A DNA stretch of 64,000 nt from an uncultured Acidobacteriota bacterium (lineage in GTDB: Bacteria; Acidobacteriota; Thermoanaerobaculia; Multivoradales; UBA5704). Under the pieces are notes generated by a model that was given only the letters and a program-made list of their open reading frames with translations, did not search any database and was not told the DNA's origin. The DNA lies in assembly GCA_963770895.1 (NCBI GenBank), contig CAVYRF010000002.1, forward strand, positions 512,001-576,000, written 5' to 3'. This document shows, piece by piece, positions 30,907-40,976 of this stretch (its first letter is position 1; each line of letters opens with the position of its first letter). The position numbers and the translations under genes are program-made.

Positions 30907-32529
30907 TCAGCGGCCGCCGGCGGCCGGCCGCTGCCGGAGCTGAGCGCCGGGCGCCGGGCGCGGCGCCGCATGCACCTCGCGCGCCGCGCGGTTGCCGGAT
31001 TCGAGCGCCCCCTCCATGGTACGGGCGAGCAGCGAAGTGTGCTCGCCGGCGAAGTGCACGGCGCCCACCGGGCGGGCCAGCTCGGGCTGCCACTCGGTGA
31101 GCTGGCCCGGCCGCCACCACGCGTAGCCGCCGCCGGCCCAGGGGTCGGCGCTCCAGGCCACCGCGGTGCCGGTTTCGAACGCGGCGCGGAAGCCGGGATG
31201 GACCTGCTCCATCGCCGCCACCGCCTGCTCGACCTGGGCCGCCTGGCTCATGCCGGCGAAGCGCGCCGCCTGCGGCCCCTTGACGTGGCATTCCAGGATG
31301 CCGCGCGCCGCCGTCTCCCCCTGGCGCGCCAGCGGCTGTTCGGCGACCTGCTGGATCGGCAGGTCGGTGAAGGCGCCGCCCGCCGTGCCGGCGGCGGTCC
31401 AGCAGTCGCGGCGCGCCTGCAGGTAGATGCGGGTGACCGGGTTGTACTGCAGGTCGTCCAGGATCTGGCGGCGCCGCGGCGGCAGCGCCGGGGTCAGGGC
31501 GATGCGGCGCAAGGCCGGCGCCGGCACGGCGCAGACCACGCGATCGGCGACCAGCGACTGGCGCGCCCCCGCCTGGTCGAAGGTCACGCGGACGCCGCCG
31601 GCTTCCTGCGCGATCGCGGCCACCGGCGCCTGGTAGCGGAGACGCGCGCCGAGCGCCGCCGCAAAGGCGCGCGGCAGCTGGTCGGTGCCGCCGGCCAGGA
31701 CGCGCGTCGGCGCGCCGCGATAGTACAGGGCGACGTCCGACAGCAGCCGGTGCAGGGCCGACACCTGGTCCCAGCCGTAGCCGAACCACAGGCCGTCGCC
31801 CAGCAGCTCGACGGCGGCGGCGGAAGCCCCCTGCTGCGCCAGGTGCTCCGCCAGGGTCACGGCGTCGTAGCTCTTGAACGGTTCGACGCTCCACGCCGGA
31901 TCGGTGGGATCGCCCAGGGCGCGCAGCGCCGGCGAAAAATACTTGCCGAACATCTTGGCAAAGCCCAGGCCGCGCTCCTCCGCGGTGAGCGCGAACGGCC
32001 AATCGACGGGCCCGCCCGCCGCCGCGGCGCCGTCGGGCTTGACCACCAGGCGCTGGCCGTGCAGGTGGTAGACGGTGGCGTACGGGCTGGCGGTGGGGGC
32101 CGCGGTCGCCAGCTTGAAAAGGTTTACATAGCGGTTGCAGTGGCGGTAGGCGCCGGAAAACGACATCGCCCCCGCCTCGGCGTACAGCCCGTCGGCAAAG
32201 GGCTGGCGCAGCGTGTACACCCGTCCGCCGGGGCGCCCCTGCGCTTCCAGCACCGTCACGTCGTGGCCCAACGCCGCCAGCTCCCAGGCCGCGGCCAGCC
32301 CGGCCAGGCCGGCGCCGACCACGATCACCCGCAGCGATCCGCCGCCGGCGCCGCTCTGCGGCGGCCCCCCTGCCGGCAGCGCCGGCTGCACGGCAACGGG
32401 TGCGCCGCCCGCGACCGGCGGCTCGGCGGATGCGCCGGCCGGGGCCTGCTGCCCGGCCGCCGGCAGGGCTGCTGCCAGTACCGGCAGCGTCAGCGCCTGG
32501 CGCAGAAAATCACGTCGTGACCATGGCAT
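30907..32529 (-). CDS. Tat-exported flavin monoamine / L-amino acid oxidase family protein
   Basis: Tat motif SRRDFL, GAGLAG, GGRVYT, AEAGA and FAGEHT...MEGALESG. Confidence 0.9.
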   Translation of the reverse strand: MPWSRRDFLRQALTLPVLAAALPAAGQQAPAGASAEPPVAGGAPVAVQPALPAGGPPQSGAGGGSLRVIVVGAGLAGLAAAWELAALGHDVTVLEAQGRPGGRVYTLRQPFADGLYAEAGAMSFSGAYRHCNRYVNLFKLATAAPTASPYATVYHLHGQRLVVKPDGAAAAGGPVDWPFALTAEERGLGFAKMFGKYFSPALRALGDPTDPAWSVEPFKSYDAVTLAEHLAQQGASAAAVELLGDGLWFGYGWDQVSALHRLLSDVALYYRGAPTRVLAGGTDQLPRAFAAALGARLRYQAPVAAIAQEAGGVRVTFDQAGARQSLVADRVVCAVPAPALRRIALTPALPPRRRQILDDLQYNPVTRIYLQARRDCWTAAGTAGGAFTDLPIQQVAEQPLARQGETAARGILECHVKGPQAARFAGMSQAAQVEQAVAAMEQVHPGFRAAFETGTAVAWSADPWAGGGYAWWRPGQLTEWQPELARPVGAVHFAGEHTSLLARTMEGALESGNRAAREVHAAPRPAPGAQLRQRPAAGGR

Positions 32530-32760
32530 GCCGTCTCCTCCATCCCGACCGCCGGCGCGACCTGCGAAGCCGCTGGCGCGCGTGCCGGCTCATCCTATCC
32601 GGAGCCTCAAGACTAGAGTGCGGCAGAACGCCAAAAAGCGGCTTCCTTGTTTCGCTTAAAGCGCTGATGGATCAACCGGTTATGCGACGCGCTGCACCTC
32701 GGACCGGCGGTCCGCCGCGCGGCGCCGCCGGCGGCGGCGTCCGGCGCGGCGGGCGGCGGG

Positions 32761-34317
32761 TCAACGGCGGCGGGCTTCGATCAGCACCGCGATCTCGTCG
32801 GGGCGGGGATTGACGAAATCGAGGCGGATGCGCCCGTCGCCGGCTTCCGTGACGGTCGCGGGGATGGAGCTGGCGGCGAGATACCAGCCGGCCGGCAGCA
32901 CCACGGCGTCGCGCGGCCGGCCGAAGGTGCGATCGAACACCAGGACGTCGCCGTCCAGGCGGTAGCGGCGCGGGTCGGTGTAGGTCTCGGAGATGCGCAG
33001 GCGCAGGCTTTCGCCCTTGTGCAGCGCGGCAAAGCGGGCGATCACCACTTCGGTGTCGTCGCCGATCTGGCCGCCGACCTCGGCGACCTCGCGCAGCTCG
33101 GCGGGCGACAGGTTGGCGTGGCGCAGCGCGTCACCCTTGAGCGTCTCGACCGCCAGCGCTTCGCCGGTGTCGAGATTGCGCGCCGCCGGCTGCGACGCCG
33201 CGCTCCCCGGCCGCACCACGTTGAGGTACTTGTCCGTCCCCGCCCGCGACTCGGTGTAGTCGTGATACAGGTCGAAGGCGTGCGTCTCGGGCTGGCGCAA
33301 AAAATACACGATCGTGCGGTCCTGATGCGCCCGCTCCGACAGCCGCTCCTCGTAGGGCGGCGCCCCCGCCGCCGCGGGCGATGCCGCCGGGGTGGCCACG
33401 GCGGCCGGAGTCGACATTGCAGGTGGAGTGCCGGCCGGGGTCGACATTGCGGGCGGAGCGGTAGCCGGTCCGGCGCCGGCCGGCGTCGCGGCGGAGGCGG
33501 CAGCAGCAGCGGCGGCAGCGCTCGCGGGCAGCCGGCGCGCGGTGAGGGTCAGCGGCGCCGCCTCCGGGCCGGTGTAGAGGAAGCTCACCGTGGTGCGGCC
33601 GTCGGAGCCGGGCAGCACCTGCGACGGGATGTTGCACGACGTCAGCTCGTAGCCCGCCGGCAGCACGATCGAGTTGCGGTGGATGCCCAGCGGACGGGTG
33701 AAAACGATGCGGTCGGCGCCGCGCGCAAGATAGCTTTGCGGGTCGCGATAGGTCTTTTCGATCAGCAGCCGGGCGCCGCCCTCGGGCGGCACCGGGCGCT
33801 CCAGGTGGATGCGCAGGTAGCGCATCTCCAGCTCGGCTTCCGGCAGGCCGCTGGTGCGCGCCTCCTGGCCGCTCACCTCTTCGAACCGCAGCCGATGCGA
33901 CGTCGCCTGGTCGAAGATCGCCTCGCCGCTCGCCGTGCTCCCTTTGCGGATGGGATTGAAAAACACCGCGGCGCCCGGTGTCGTGGCGGTCACCTCGTAC
34001 AGGATGTGGAAGCTGGAGCTGTCAGGAGCCAGCAGCTCGTAGCGCGTATATTCGTCGGCCTCCGTCTGCGCGTGGCCGGCGCCGGCTGCCGCCGTTGCAG
34101 CGGTGGCAGCGATAGGCGCGCCGCCCGCGGTGGCAGGAGCGACGGCAGCGGCTATGGCAGGGGCGCCACCCGCGGCAGCAGCGGCGGCAGTCGCGGGCGG
34201 TGGCGGCGCCATGGCGGCGGCTTGGCCGATGGCAGCAGGCCCGGAAAGGATCAGCGGCACGGCGCACAGCGCCAGCCGCGCGACACGGCACACCGGGATC
34301 GGCGTCCCCGTCACCAT
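32761..34317 (-). CDS. Secreted hypothetical protein with two homologous beta-rich domains
   Basis: Strong RBS (AAGGAGGT) before ATG 34317, a signal peptide, and an internal duplication separated by an Ala/Pro linker. Confidence 0.8.
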   Translation of the reverse strand: MVTGTPIPVCRVARLALCAVPLILSGPAAIGQAAAMAPPPPATAAAAAAGGAPAIAAAVAPATAGGAPIAATAATAAAGAGHAQTEADEYTRYELLAPDSSSFHILYEVTATTPGAAVFFNPIRKGSTASGEAIFDQATSHRLRFEEVSGQEARTSGLPEAELEMRYLRIHLERPVPPEGGARLLIEKTYRDPQSYLARGADRIVFTRPLGIHRNSIVLPAGYELTSCNIPSQVLPGSDGRTTVSFLYTGPEAAPLTLTARRLPASAAAAAAAASAATPAGAGPATAPPAMSTPAGTPPAMSTPAAVATPAASPAAAGAPPYEERLSERAHQDRTIVYFLRQPETHAFDLYHDYTESRAGTDKYLNVVRPGSAASQPAARNLDTGEALAVETLKGDALRHANLSPAELREVAEVGGQIGDDTEVVIARFAALHKGESLRLRISETYTDPRRYRLDGDVLVFDRTFGRPRDAVVLPAGWYLAASSIPATVTEAGDGRIRLDFVNPRPDEIAVLIEARRR

Positions 34318-34403
34318 CGTCCACCTCCTAAGGAACCAAGACGCGCCTGCGGGGGAAATCCGGCGGGCGCGGCGGCGGACTGCCCGCGCCCGCTCCCTGC
34401 GAT

Positions 34404-35735
34404 CTACCGGCGGCCGGAGCGCCGGCGGCCGGCGGCGGCGCGCGGCTGTGCAGCACCGGCAGTGGGCTGCGGCCGCGCCGGCTGGGTGGGCGACGGCGCC
34501 GAGCCGCCGCCGGTCGGCCGAGCCGCGGGCGTCGCCGGCGAGGGGGCGCCGCCGCGGATGCGCGACTTGGCGCCGAACATCTGCTCCCACAGCAGGGTGA
34601 ACGGGCTGGCCACGTAGACCGACGAGTAGGTGCCGACGATGATGCCGACGGTCATCACGAAGGCGAAGCCGCGCAGCACTTCGCCGCCCAGGGCGAGCAG
34701 CGCCGCGACGGTCAGCATGGTCAGGCCCGACGTCATGATGGTCCGCGACAGGGTCTGGTTGATGCTTTCGTTCATCACCTGGAGCAGCGGCGCCCGCCGG
34801 TTCTTGCGCATGTTTTCGCGGATGCGGTCGAAGATGACGACGGTGTCGTTCACCGAATAGCCGATCAGCGTCAGGAAGGCGGCGATGGTGGTGAGGTTGA
34901 ATTCGAACCCCATCAGGATGAACAGCCCCAGGGTCACCAGCACGTCGTGAATCGACGCCATCACCGCGCCGATGCCGAAGCGCAGCTCGAAGCGCAGACC
35001 GATGTAGGCCAGCATGCCCAGCAGCGACATCACCACCGCCAGGAAGCCCTGGCGGCTCAGCTCCTTGCCGATCTGCGGGCCGACGTTTTCCACCCCCAGC
35101 AGGGCGTAGCCGCCCAGGTAGCCGCGCTGCTGGAGCACGGCCAGAGCCGCCGGCGTCAGGCCGGGAGTGTGCGCCACGGCGTCCCAGCTGTTGAAGATGC
35201 CGCTCTTGTGGCGCTGGTCGAGGATGGCCGAGGCGACGGTGGCGTAGTGGTCCTGCGGCACCGCCGCGGTGGCCGCGGCGGCAGAGGCGGCCGCGGCACC
35301 ACCGGTGTGATCGGGATCGGCAGCCGACAGCAGCTGGGCGATGGCATCGGCACCCACCAGGTTGATGTCCGGCCGGCCGCCCTGGTCGGCGTCCAGCTGG
35401 CGCGACAGCGCGGCGGTCACCCGCTCGCGGCTGCCCTCTTCGGCGCCCTTGCTGACCGGGGTCTTCACCATGACCTGGTTGGCGGATTCGCGGTCGTAAC
35501 GCTGGATCTCGACGTTGTTGATGCCCGCCGCCGCGAACAGCGAACGCAGCCGATCGATCTGCGGCTTGTCGCGGAAGCGCAGGGTGATCTCGGTGCCGCC
35601 GGCGAAGTCGATCCCCATCTTGGGCTGGACGGTGAAGAACGCGAAGAAGAAGACCGCGATCAGGATGAACGAAATGATGATCCAGAATCGCCGGTACTTC
35701 ATGAAATCGATGTGAGTTTCACCCAGCAACCGCAT
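34404..35735 (-). CDS. secF: Protein translocase subunit SecF
   Basis: GIDFAGGT, VGPQIGKEL, HDV and GYSVNDTVVIFDRIRE motifs. Confidence 0.96.
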   Translation of the reverse strand: MRLLGETHIDFMKYRRFWIIISFILIAVFFFAFFTVQPKMGIDFAGGTEITLRFRDKPQIDRLRSLFAAAGINNVEIQRYDRESANQVMVKTPVSKGAEEGSRERVTAALSRQLDADQGGRPDINLVGADAIAQLLSAADPDHTGGAAAASAAAATAAVPQDHYATVASAILDQRHKSGIFNSWDAVAHTPGLTPAALAVLQQRGYLGGYALLGVENVGPQIGKELSRQGFLAVVMSLLGMLAYIGLRFELRFGIGAVMASIHDVLVTLGLFILMGFEFNLTTIAAFLTLIGYSVNDTVVIFDRIRENMRKNRRAPLLQVMNESINQTLSRTIMTSGLTMLTVAALLALGGEVLRGFAFVMTVGIIVGTYSSVYVASPFTLLWEQMFGAKSRIRGGAPSPATPAARPTGGGSAPSPTQPARPQPTAGAAQPRAAAGRRRSGRR

Positions 35736-35805
35736 GGCGTGCTCCTTATCCCTTATCCCTTGTCGCTGCTCGTCGGCTCGGACACGATCGGTGATCGGAC
35801 CGGCA

Positions 35806-37380
35806 TCAGATCGACATCGTCTGCACCTTGCGGCGCGACAGCACGACGTCGAAGATCCAGCGGCTCACGAAGACGGCGGTGAACAGCGAGGCCAGAAGAC
35901 CGATCGTCAGGGTAACCGCAAAACCCTTGATCGGACCGGTACCGAACTGGAACAGGAACATCGCCGAGATCAAGGTGGTGACGTGGGTGTCGATGATCGA
36001 TGTGAGGGCGCGCTTGAATCCGTTGTCGATGGCGGTGCGCACCGTGCTGTTGCGCAGCTCCTCGCGGATGCGCTCGAAGACCAGGACGTTGGCGTCCACC
36101 GCCATGCCGATGGTCAGGATGACGCCGGCGATGCCGGGCAGCGTCAGCGTCGAGTGCAGCAGCCCCATGCCGCCGAACAGCAGCAGGATGTTGAGCGCCA
36201 GCGCGCTGATGGCGTTGGCCGCCGTCAGCTTGTAGACGATCGCCATGGCGAGGATCACCAGCAGGGTGCCGACGACGCCGGCGAGCAGCCCTTCGTCGAT
36301 CGAGTCGCGCCCTAGAGACGGACCGACCACCTGCTCCGCCAGGTACGTGATGCTGGCCGGCAGCGCGCCCGAGCGCAGCACCGTCGACAGGTCCTCGACC
36401 TCTTTCTGGGTGAAGCTCCCTTCGATGATGCCCGAATCGGTGATGCGCGCGCGGATCACCGGCGCCGACATGATGCGCCCGTCCAGGACGATCGCCAGGC
36501 CGTTGCCGATGTTGGCTCCGGTCAGCTCGCCGAACGCCTTGGCGCCGTCCGGGGTGAACGAAAAGTCGACGATCGGCTGGTTCATCTGGCCCAACGCCGG
36601 CCGGGCGTTGCGCAGGTCGCGGCCGGTGACCGAGCGGCGCTTTTCGACCGCCCAATAGTGCGTTTCGCGGGTGGCGGTGTCGTTGTCGGCGGAGTCGCCG
36701 GTGTCGCCGGGGATGATCTCCAGGTCGTCCGGCAGGTGGCCGCCGAAGTGGGACAGGATGTCTTCGCGGGTCGTGCCGCGGCCGCCTTCCTTCGGATAGC
36801 GGGTGATGCGGAACTCCAGGAACGCGGTGTTCTTGATCAACTTGCGCACGCGGTCCAGGTCGTCCACGCCCGGCAGCTGGACGATGATGCGATCGCCGGC
36901 AGGCTGGATCACCGGCTCGGTCACGCCGTAGGCGTCGATGCGGTTGCGGATCGTCTGCACCGCCTGGTTGACCGATTGGTCGCGCACCTTGGCGACGTCG
37001 GCGGCGTTCATGTCGAACACCTCGCTGTCGCCCTGCTCCTTGGCGCCGAAGCGGGAGGCGGCCTTCTCCGCGGCCTTGGTGACCGTGCCCCGGTTGTCAG
37101 GGGTGAGCGACGACACGACGAAGCGGGAATCGGCGACGCGCTGCGCCTTGATGTTCAGCTTGCCCTGGGTGTCGTCCTTGACCTGCTGCACCAGGCGCTC
37201 CATGTCGGCGTCGGTTTCGGCGCGCAGGGCGTCTTCGGTGTGGACTTGCAGCACCAGGTGCATGCCGCCGCGCAGGTCCAGGCCCAGGCTGATCTTTTCC
37301 TTGGGCGGCCAGGCCGCGGCGATCGCCAGCAGGATGGACGCCAGGATGACCAGCCCGCGTCCGAGCAAATTGCGCTTCAT
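35806..37380 (-). CDS. secD: Protein translocase subunit SecD
   Basis: LGLDLRGG, RNRIDAYGVTEP, LRSGALPA and GMAVDANVLVFERIREE motifs. Confidence 0.96.
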   Translation of the reverse strand: MKRNLLGRGLVILASILLAIAAAWPPKEKISLGLDLRGGMHLVLQVHTEDALRAETDADMERLVQQVKDDTQGKLNIKAQRVADSRFVVSSLTPDNRGTVTKAAEKAASRFGAKEQGDSEVFDMNAADVAKVRDQSVNQAVQTIRNRIDAYGVTEPVIQPAGDRIIVQLPGVDDLDRVRKLIKNTAFLEFRITRYPKEGGRGTTREDILSHFGGHLPDDLEIIPGDTGDSADNDTATRETHYWAVEKRRSVTGRDLRNARPALGQMNQPIVDFSFTPDGAKAFGELTGANIGNGLAIVLDGRIMSAPVIRARITDSGIIEGSFTQKEVEDLSTVLRSGALPASITYLAEQVVGPSLGRDSIDEGLLAGVVGTLLVILAMAIVYKLTAANAISALALNILLLFGGMGLLHSTLTLPGIAGVILTIGMAVDANVLVFERIREELRNSTVRTAIDNGFKRALTSIIDTHVTTLISAMFLFQFGTGPIKGFAVTLTIGLLASLFTAVFVSRWIFDVVLSRRKVQTMSI

Positions 37381-37667
37381 CCGTTACCGCCTTTCTCCGC
37401 CTCCGGCTCGAGCCCGGAGATCGCCGATTTGGCCACCTTCACCTTGACGTTGTCGGCGACCTTCAGAAGGACTGCGGAGCCGATCACGGCCGCGACTTCG
37501 CCGTAGAGCCCGCCGTTGGTGACCACCCGGTCCCCTTTTTGCAGATTTTCGACCAGCTGCTGGAGGGCCTTCTGGCGCTTGCGCATGGGCACGATCAGCA
37601 GGACGTAGAACAGCACGAACATCAACAGCAGCGGCACCAGCTGCAAAAGAGAATTTTGGTTCATCAT
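37377..37667 (-). CDS. yajC: Preprotein translocase subunit YajC
   Basis: FYVLLIVPMRKRQK...LQKGDRVVTNGGLYG. Confidence 0.94.
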   Translation of the reverse strand: MMNQNSLLQLVPLLLMFVLFYVLLIVPMRKRQKALQQLVENLQKGDRVVTNGGLYGEVAAVIGSAVLLKVADNVKVKVAKSAISGLEPEAEKGGNG

Positions 37668-37734
37668 GGTGGGTCGATCGTCTCGCGAAAGCGCGGCAGC
37701 CACGTCACCTGGCGGCCTGCGTCGGGGAGGCTCC

Positions 37735-38901
37735 TTACGCCTTGGGATCGGGGGGACACGGACCCGCCTGGCGAACCTCAAGCCGCGCCGCCAGGTCCGC
37801 CAGTGCACCGAGGGCGATAGCTTGCCGGAGCTCTTCCATAAAGTCAAGGTAATACCGCAGGTTATGCAGCGTCGCCAGGACCGCCCCGGTGATCTCTCCG
37901 GCCCGCACCAGGTGGTGCAGGAACGCCCGCGACAGGCGGGCGCAGCAGGGGCAGCCGCAGGCGTCGTCGACGGGGCGGGGATCGTCGCGGAAGCAGGCGT
38001 TGCGGATCTTGAGCATGCCGCCGCGGGTGAACAGCAGGCCGTGGCGGGCGTTGCGCGACGGCAGCACGCAATCGAACAGGTCGACGCCGCAGGAGGCGGC
38101 GTGCAGGATGTCCTGCGGGTAGCCAACCCCCATCAGGTATCGCGGCCGCTCCCAGGGGAGTGCCGGGGCGGCCACCTCGACCGCGGCGCGGCGCTCCGCA
38201 AGCGGCTCGCCGACGCTCACGCCGCCGATGGCGTAGCCGTCGAAGTCGAGCTGCGCCAGGTCCGCGGCGGCGCGCAGCCGCAAGTCCGGAAAGGAGCTCC
38301 CCTGCACGATGCCGAACAGGCCGCGCCCCGCGGCGCCGCGCCAGACGCCGCGCGCGCGCTCCGCCCAGCGGCGGGTGCGCTCCCACGACGTGGCGGCCTG
38401 CTCGCGGCTGACCGGCCAGGGGGGGCATTCATCCAGCACCATGGCGACGTCGACGCCCAGCCGCTCCTGCCAGGCGGCCACCTCTTCCGGAGTAAAGCGC
38501 CATGGCGCGCCGTCGATGTGGCTGCGGAAGGTCACCCCGCCGTCGTCCACGGTGCGCAGGTGCCCCAGGCTCCACACCTGGAAGCCGCCGCTGTCGGTGA
38601 GCAGCGGCCCCGGCCAGCCGGTGAAGGCGTGCAGGCCGCCCAGCCGCTCGATGACCTCGATGCCGGGGCGCAGCACCAGGTGATACAGGTTGGCCAGCTG
38701 GATGGACGCGCCGGCGGCGGCCAGCTCCTGGGGGGTGACGCCCTTGACCGCTCCCAGGGTGCCCACCGGCATGAACGCCGGCGTCTCGACCACCCCATGG
38801 GCGGTCGTCAGGCGGCCGCGGCGCGCCGCACCGCCGCCGGCGAAAGCCGGGCCAGGTCCAGGGGCGGCGGGACTGGAGAGGATCTCGAAGGTGAGGGTCA
38901 A
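37735..38901 (-). CDS. tgt: tRNA-guanine transglycosylase
   Basis: TPAFMPVGT, LTDSGGFQ, GIVQG, DLFDCVLP and CGCPCC Zn site. TTG start is inferred. Confidence 0.95.
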   Translation of the reverse strand: MTLTFEILSSPAAPGPGPAFAGGGAARRGRLTTAHGVVETPAFMPVGTLGAVKGVTPQELAAAGASIQLANLYHLVLRPGIEVIERLGGLHAFTGWPGPLLTDSGGFQVWSLGHLRTVDDGGVTFRSHIDGAPWRFTPEEVAAWQERLGVDVAMVLDECPPWPVSREQAATSWERTRRWAERARGVWRGAAGRGLFGIVQGSSFPDLRLRAAADLAQLDFDGYAIGGVSVGEPLAERRAAVEVAAPALPWERPRYLMGVGYPQDILHAASCGVDLFDCVLPSRNARHGLLFTRGGMLKIRNACFRDDPRPVDDACGCPCCARLSRAFLHHLVRAGEITGAVLATLHNLRYYLDFMEELRQAIALGALADLAARLEVRQAGPCPPDPKA

Positions 38902-38920
38902 AGGCGAACGCGGGCGCGGC

Positions 38921-39742
38921 TCACGGCCGGGAGGGCGCCTTGCCGCTGCCGTCGCCACCCAGGTCGATTTCGTGGGTTTCGGTGCCGGGCGGCAGCTGCA
39001 GCGCGAAGCGCGCGTCGGGGATCGGAGCGTTCCACTGGAAGTCCTTGAAATCGTAGGCCGTGGTGTCGCCGTCCGCCTCTTCGTATTCCAGGTGCACCGG
39101 GAAGAACCGCTCGGCATCGATATCGACTTCCATCGACTTGACCCGCTTCCGGATGCGGTCGTAGCGCGGCAGCAGCTTCATCCGGTAGGGATCGCCCTTC
39201 TGGTGCGGCAGCGTCAGCTGGACGGTGAAGTACTCCAGCAGCGAATCCATGCTGCCCGACGCGCCCAGGAACTTGAACACCTGGCTCGAGTAGCGGCCGA
39301 TCTTCAGCCGTTCGGCGCGCTTCAGGTCGCGGTACCAGGTGGTCATCTCGCTGCCGCGGATCACCACCGTGATCGGCGTCGGCGCCTGGTATTCCCAGCG
39401 CACGCGGTCCGGCGCGGCATAGGAGAAGGTGCCGCTCGACTGCTGGGGCGCCACCAGCATGGCGCTCGCCCGGTGCTGCACGAAGCGGGCTTCGATCGTC
39501 CTCACCGTGCGCTGCTGCAGCTTCACCCGCTCCAGCAACGCCTGCAACCGCTGCGCCCCGGTCAGGCCCGGCGCCATCGGGTCGGGCGGCGCGACATGCC
39601 CCAGCACCACCCCTTCCGTCGCGGTCAAGGGCGTCGAGCCCAGGGCAAACACCAGGGCACACAGGCCCGCCAGCGCCAAGCCGCAGGCCGCCGCGGGCAG
39701 CGTGGCAGGGATCTTCCGGCGTGTCTGGGTCGGTCGTGGCAT
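38921..39742 (-). CDS. lolA: Outer-membrane lipoprotein carrier LolA family protein
   Basis: Signal peptide, ARFVQ, SSGTF...PDRVRWEYQAP and C-terminal F..QLPPG. Confidence 0.82.
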   Translation of the reverse strand: MPRPTQTRRKIPATLPAAACGLALAGLCALVFALGSTPLTATEGVVLGHVAPPDPMAPGLTGAQRLQALLERVKLQQRTVRTIEARFVQHRASAMLVAPQQSSGTFSYAAPDRVRWEYQAPTPITVVIRGSEMTTWYRDLKRAERLKIGRYSSQVFKFLGASGSMDSLLEYFTVQLTLPHQKGDPYRMKLLPRYDRIRKRVKSMEVDIDAERFFPVHLEYEEADGDTTAYDFKDFQWNAPIPDARFALQLPPGTETHEIDLGGDGSGKAPSRP

Positions 39743-39976
39743 GGCAGAAACCCCTTCCGGCTGCCGATCAGCGGCGCACTCTACCGAGAATCGTATGCGA
39801 ACATCATGCTAGCCCCGGGCTCGGTCGCCGCGCAAGCCGTGCCGCGGCGGACGGACACCGGAGCTGTTCGACTGCCTGGCTACCCACGCTGCCCGGCGCC
39901 CATGCTGTCCGGCGCCCGCACCGCCTGGCTGCTCGGCTGTGCCGCTGGCTGGCCGCGCGCCCTGCCGCTGGCGCGG

Positions 39977-40005
39977 TTGACAGCGTTTTGGTCGGATGCT
40001 AGCTT
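39977..40005 (+). promoter_or_regulatory. Sigma70-type promoter for the FYDLN-folK unit
   Basis: TTGACA-N17-TAGCTT with a TG extension, the same hexamers as the pilM promoter. Confidence 0.7.
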
Positions 40006-40047
40006 CAGCGCCCTCTGACCGGCCCCCGCGCCGTCCTGGAGTCTGCG

Positions 40048-40356
40048 ATGCCTGAGCTCAAGTTAGGTACCAAGTACGAGTGTTTCAACTGCGGGACCAA
40101 GTTCTACGACCTCGGCAAGGCCGAGGCGATCTGCCCCAAGTGCGGCGCCGACCAGAGAAACGCCGTGGCGGCCGAATCGCCAGCCGTTTCGACGGCGTCG
40201 CGCAAGCGGCGCAAGGCCGAAGTGGCCAAGCCCATCGAAGTCGAAGAGGACGAACCGATCGACGACATTCCGGACGACGAGATCGAGACCCCCGAGATCT
40301 CCGGCGCCGATGCCGAAGAAGAGGAAGAGGAAGAGGATTTCGACGACGAAGCATGA
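40048..40356 (+). CDS. FYDLN-acid domain (TIGR02300-like) Zn-ribbon protein
   Basis: [19 protein letters not shown]...CPKCG followed by an acidic tail. Confidence 0.9.
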   Translation: MPELKLGTKYECFNCGTKFYDLGKAEAICPKCGADQRNAVAAESPAVSTASRKRRKAEVAKPIEVEEDEPIDDIPDDEIETPEISGADAEEEEEEEDFDDEA

Positions 40357-40909
40357 GGTCGGGATCGCCCTGGCGCTGGGCGGCAACCTGGCGCTGCCCG
40401 CCGGTGGCCACGTCCGGCGCCGCCAGCGCCTGATCGAGAGCGTGCTGCGCCAGGCCATCGAGCAGCTGGAAGCCAACCTGGGCGCGCTGCGCGTCGCCGG
40501 GCTCTATCGCGGACCCGCGGTGTCGCCGATCCCGCAGCCCGATTTCCTCAATACCGCCGTCGTCGGCCGCACCGCTTTAGACCCCGAAGCGGTGCTCGGC
40601 ATCGCCAAGGCCATCGAGCTGGCGGCCGGCCGCCGGCAGGGGCCGCGCAATTCGCCGCGGCCGCTGGACATCGACCTGCTGCTCTACGGCGACATCTGTT
40701 CGACCGCCCCCGAGCTCACCCTGCCGCACCCCAGGCTCGCCCAGCGCCGCTTCGTCCTGGCGCCGCTCGAAGAGATCGCGCCCGACCTGTCCGTCCCCTG
40801 CATCGGCGCCACTGCCGGCGAGCTGCTGCGGCGCCTGTCCTCCGCCGCGCCGCCGGTCGAAAGGCTGCCCTGGGCCGACGCCGGCACCGCGGCCGCCCGC
40901 GGGCTCTGA
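40310..40909 (+). CDS. folK: 2-amino-4-hydroxy-6-hydroxymethyldihydropteridine diphosphokinase (start uncertain)
   Basis: [24 protein letters not shown] and [19 protein letters not shown] motifs. Confidence 0.92.
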   Translation: MPKKRKRKRISTTKHEVGIALALGGNLALPAGGHVRRRQRLIESVLRQAIEQLEANLGALRVAGLYRGPAVSPIPQPDFLNTAVVGRTALDPEAVLGIAKAIELAAGRRQGPRNSPRPLDIDLLLYGDICSTAPELTLPHPRLAQRRFVLAPLEEIAPDLSVPCIGATAGELLRRLSSAAPPVERLPWADAGTAAARGL

Positions 40910-40976
40910 GCGCCACCGCCGCGGCCCGCGCGCGCACCCTTCCACCCGACGCCCATCCGGCAGAGCGCAAAGCGGC

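Noticed and set aside
28141-32520. 1459-aa plus-strand ORF, and similar long ORFs such as 12002..15034, 5589..8294, 44073..47789 and 19653..21899
   Set aside because: These are antisense or off-frame shadows of well-supported genes. Stop codons are rare at this GC content, and the translations are Arg/Gly/Ala-rich with no motifs.
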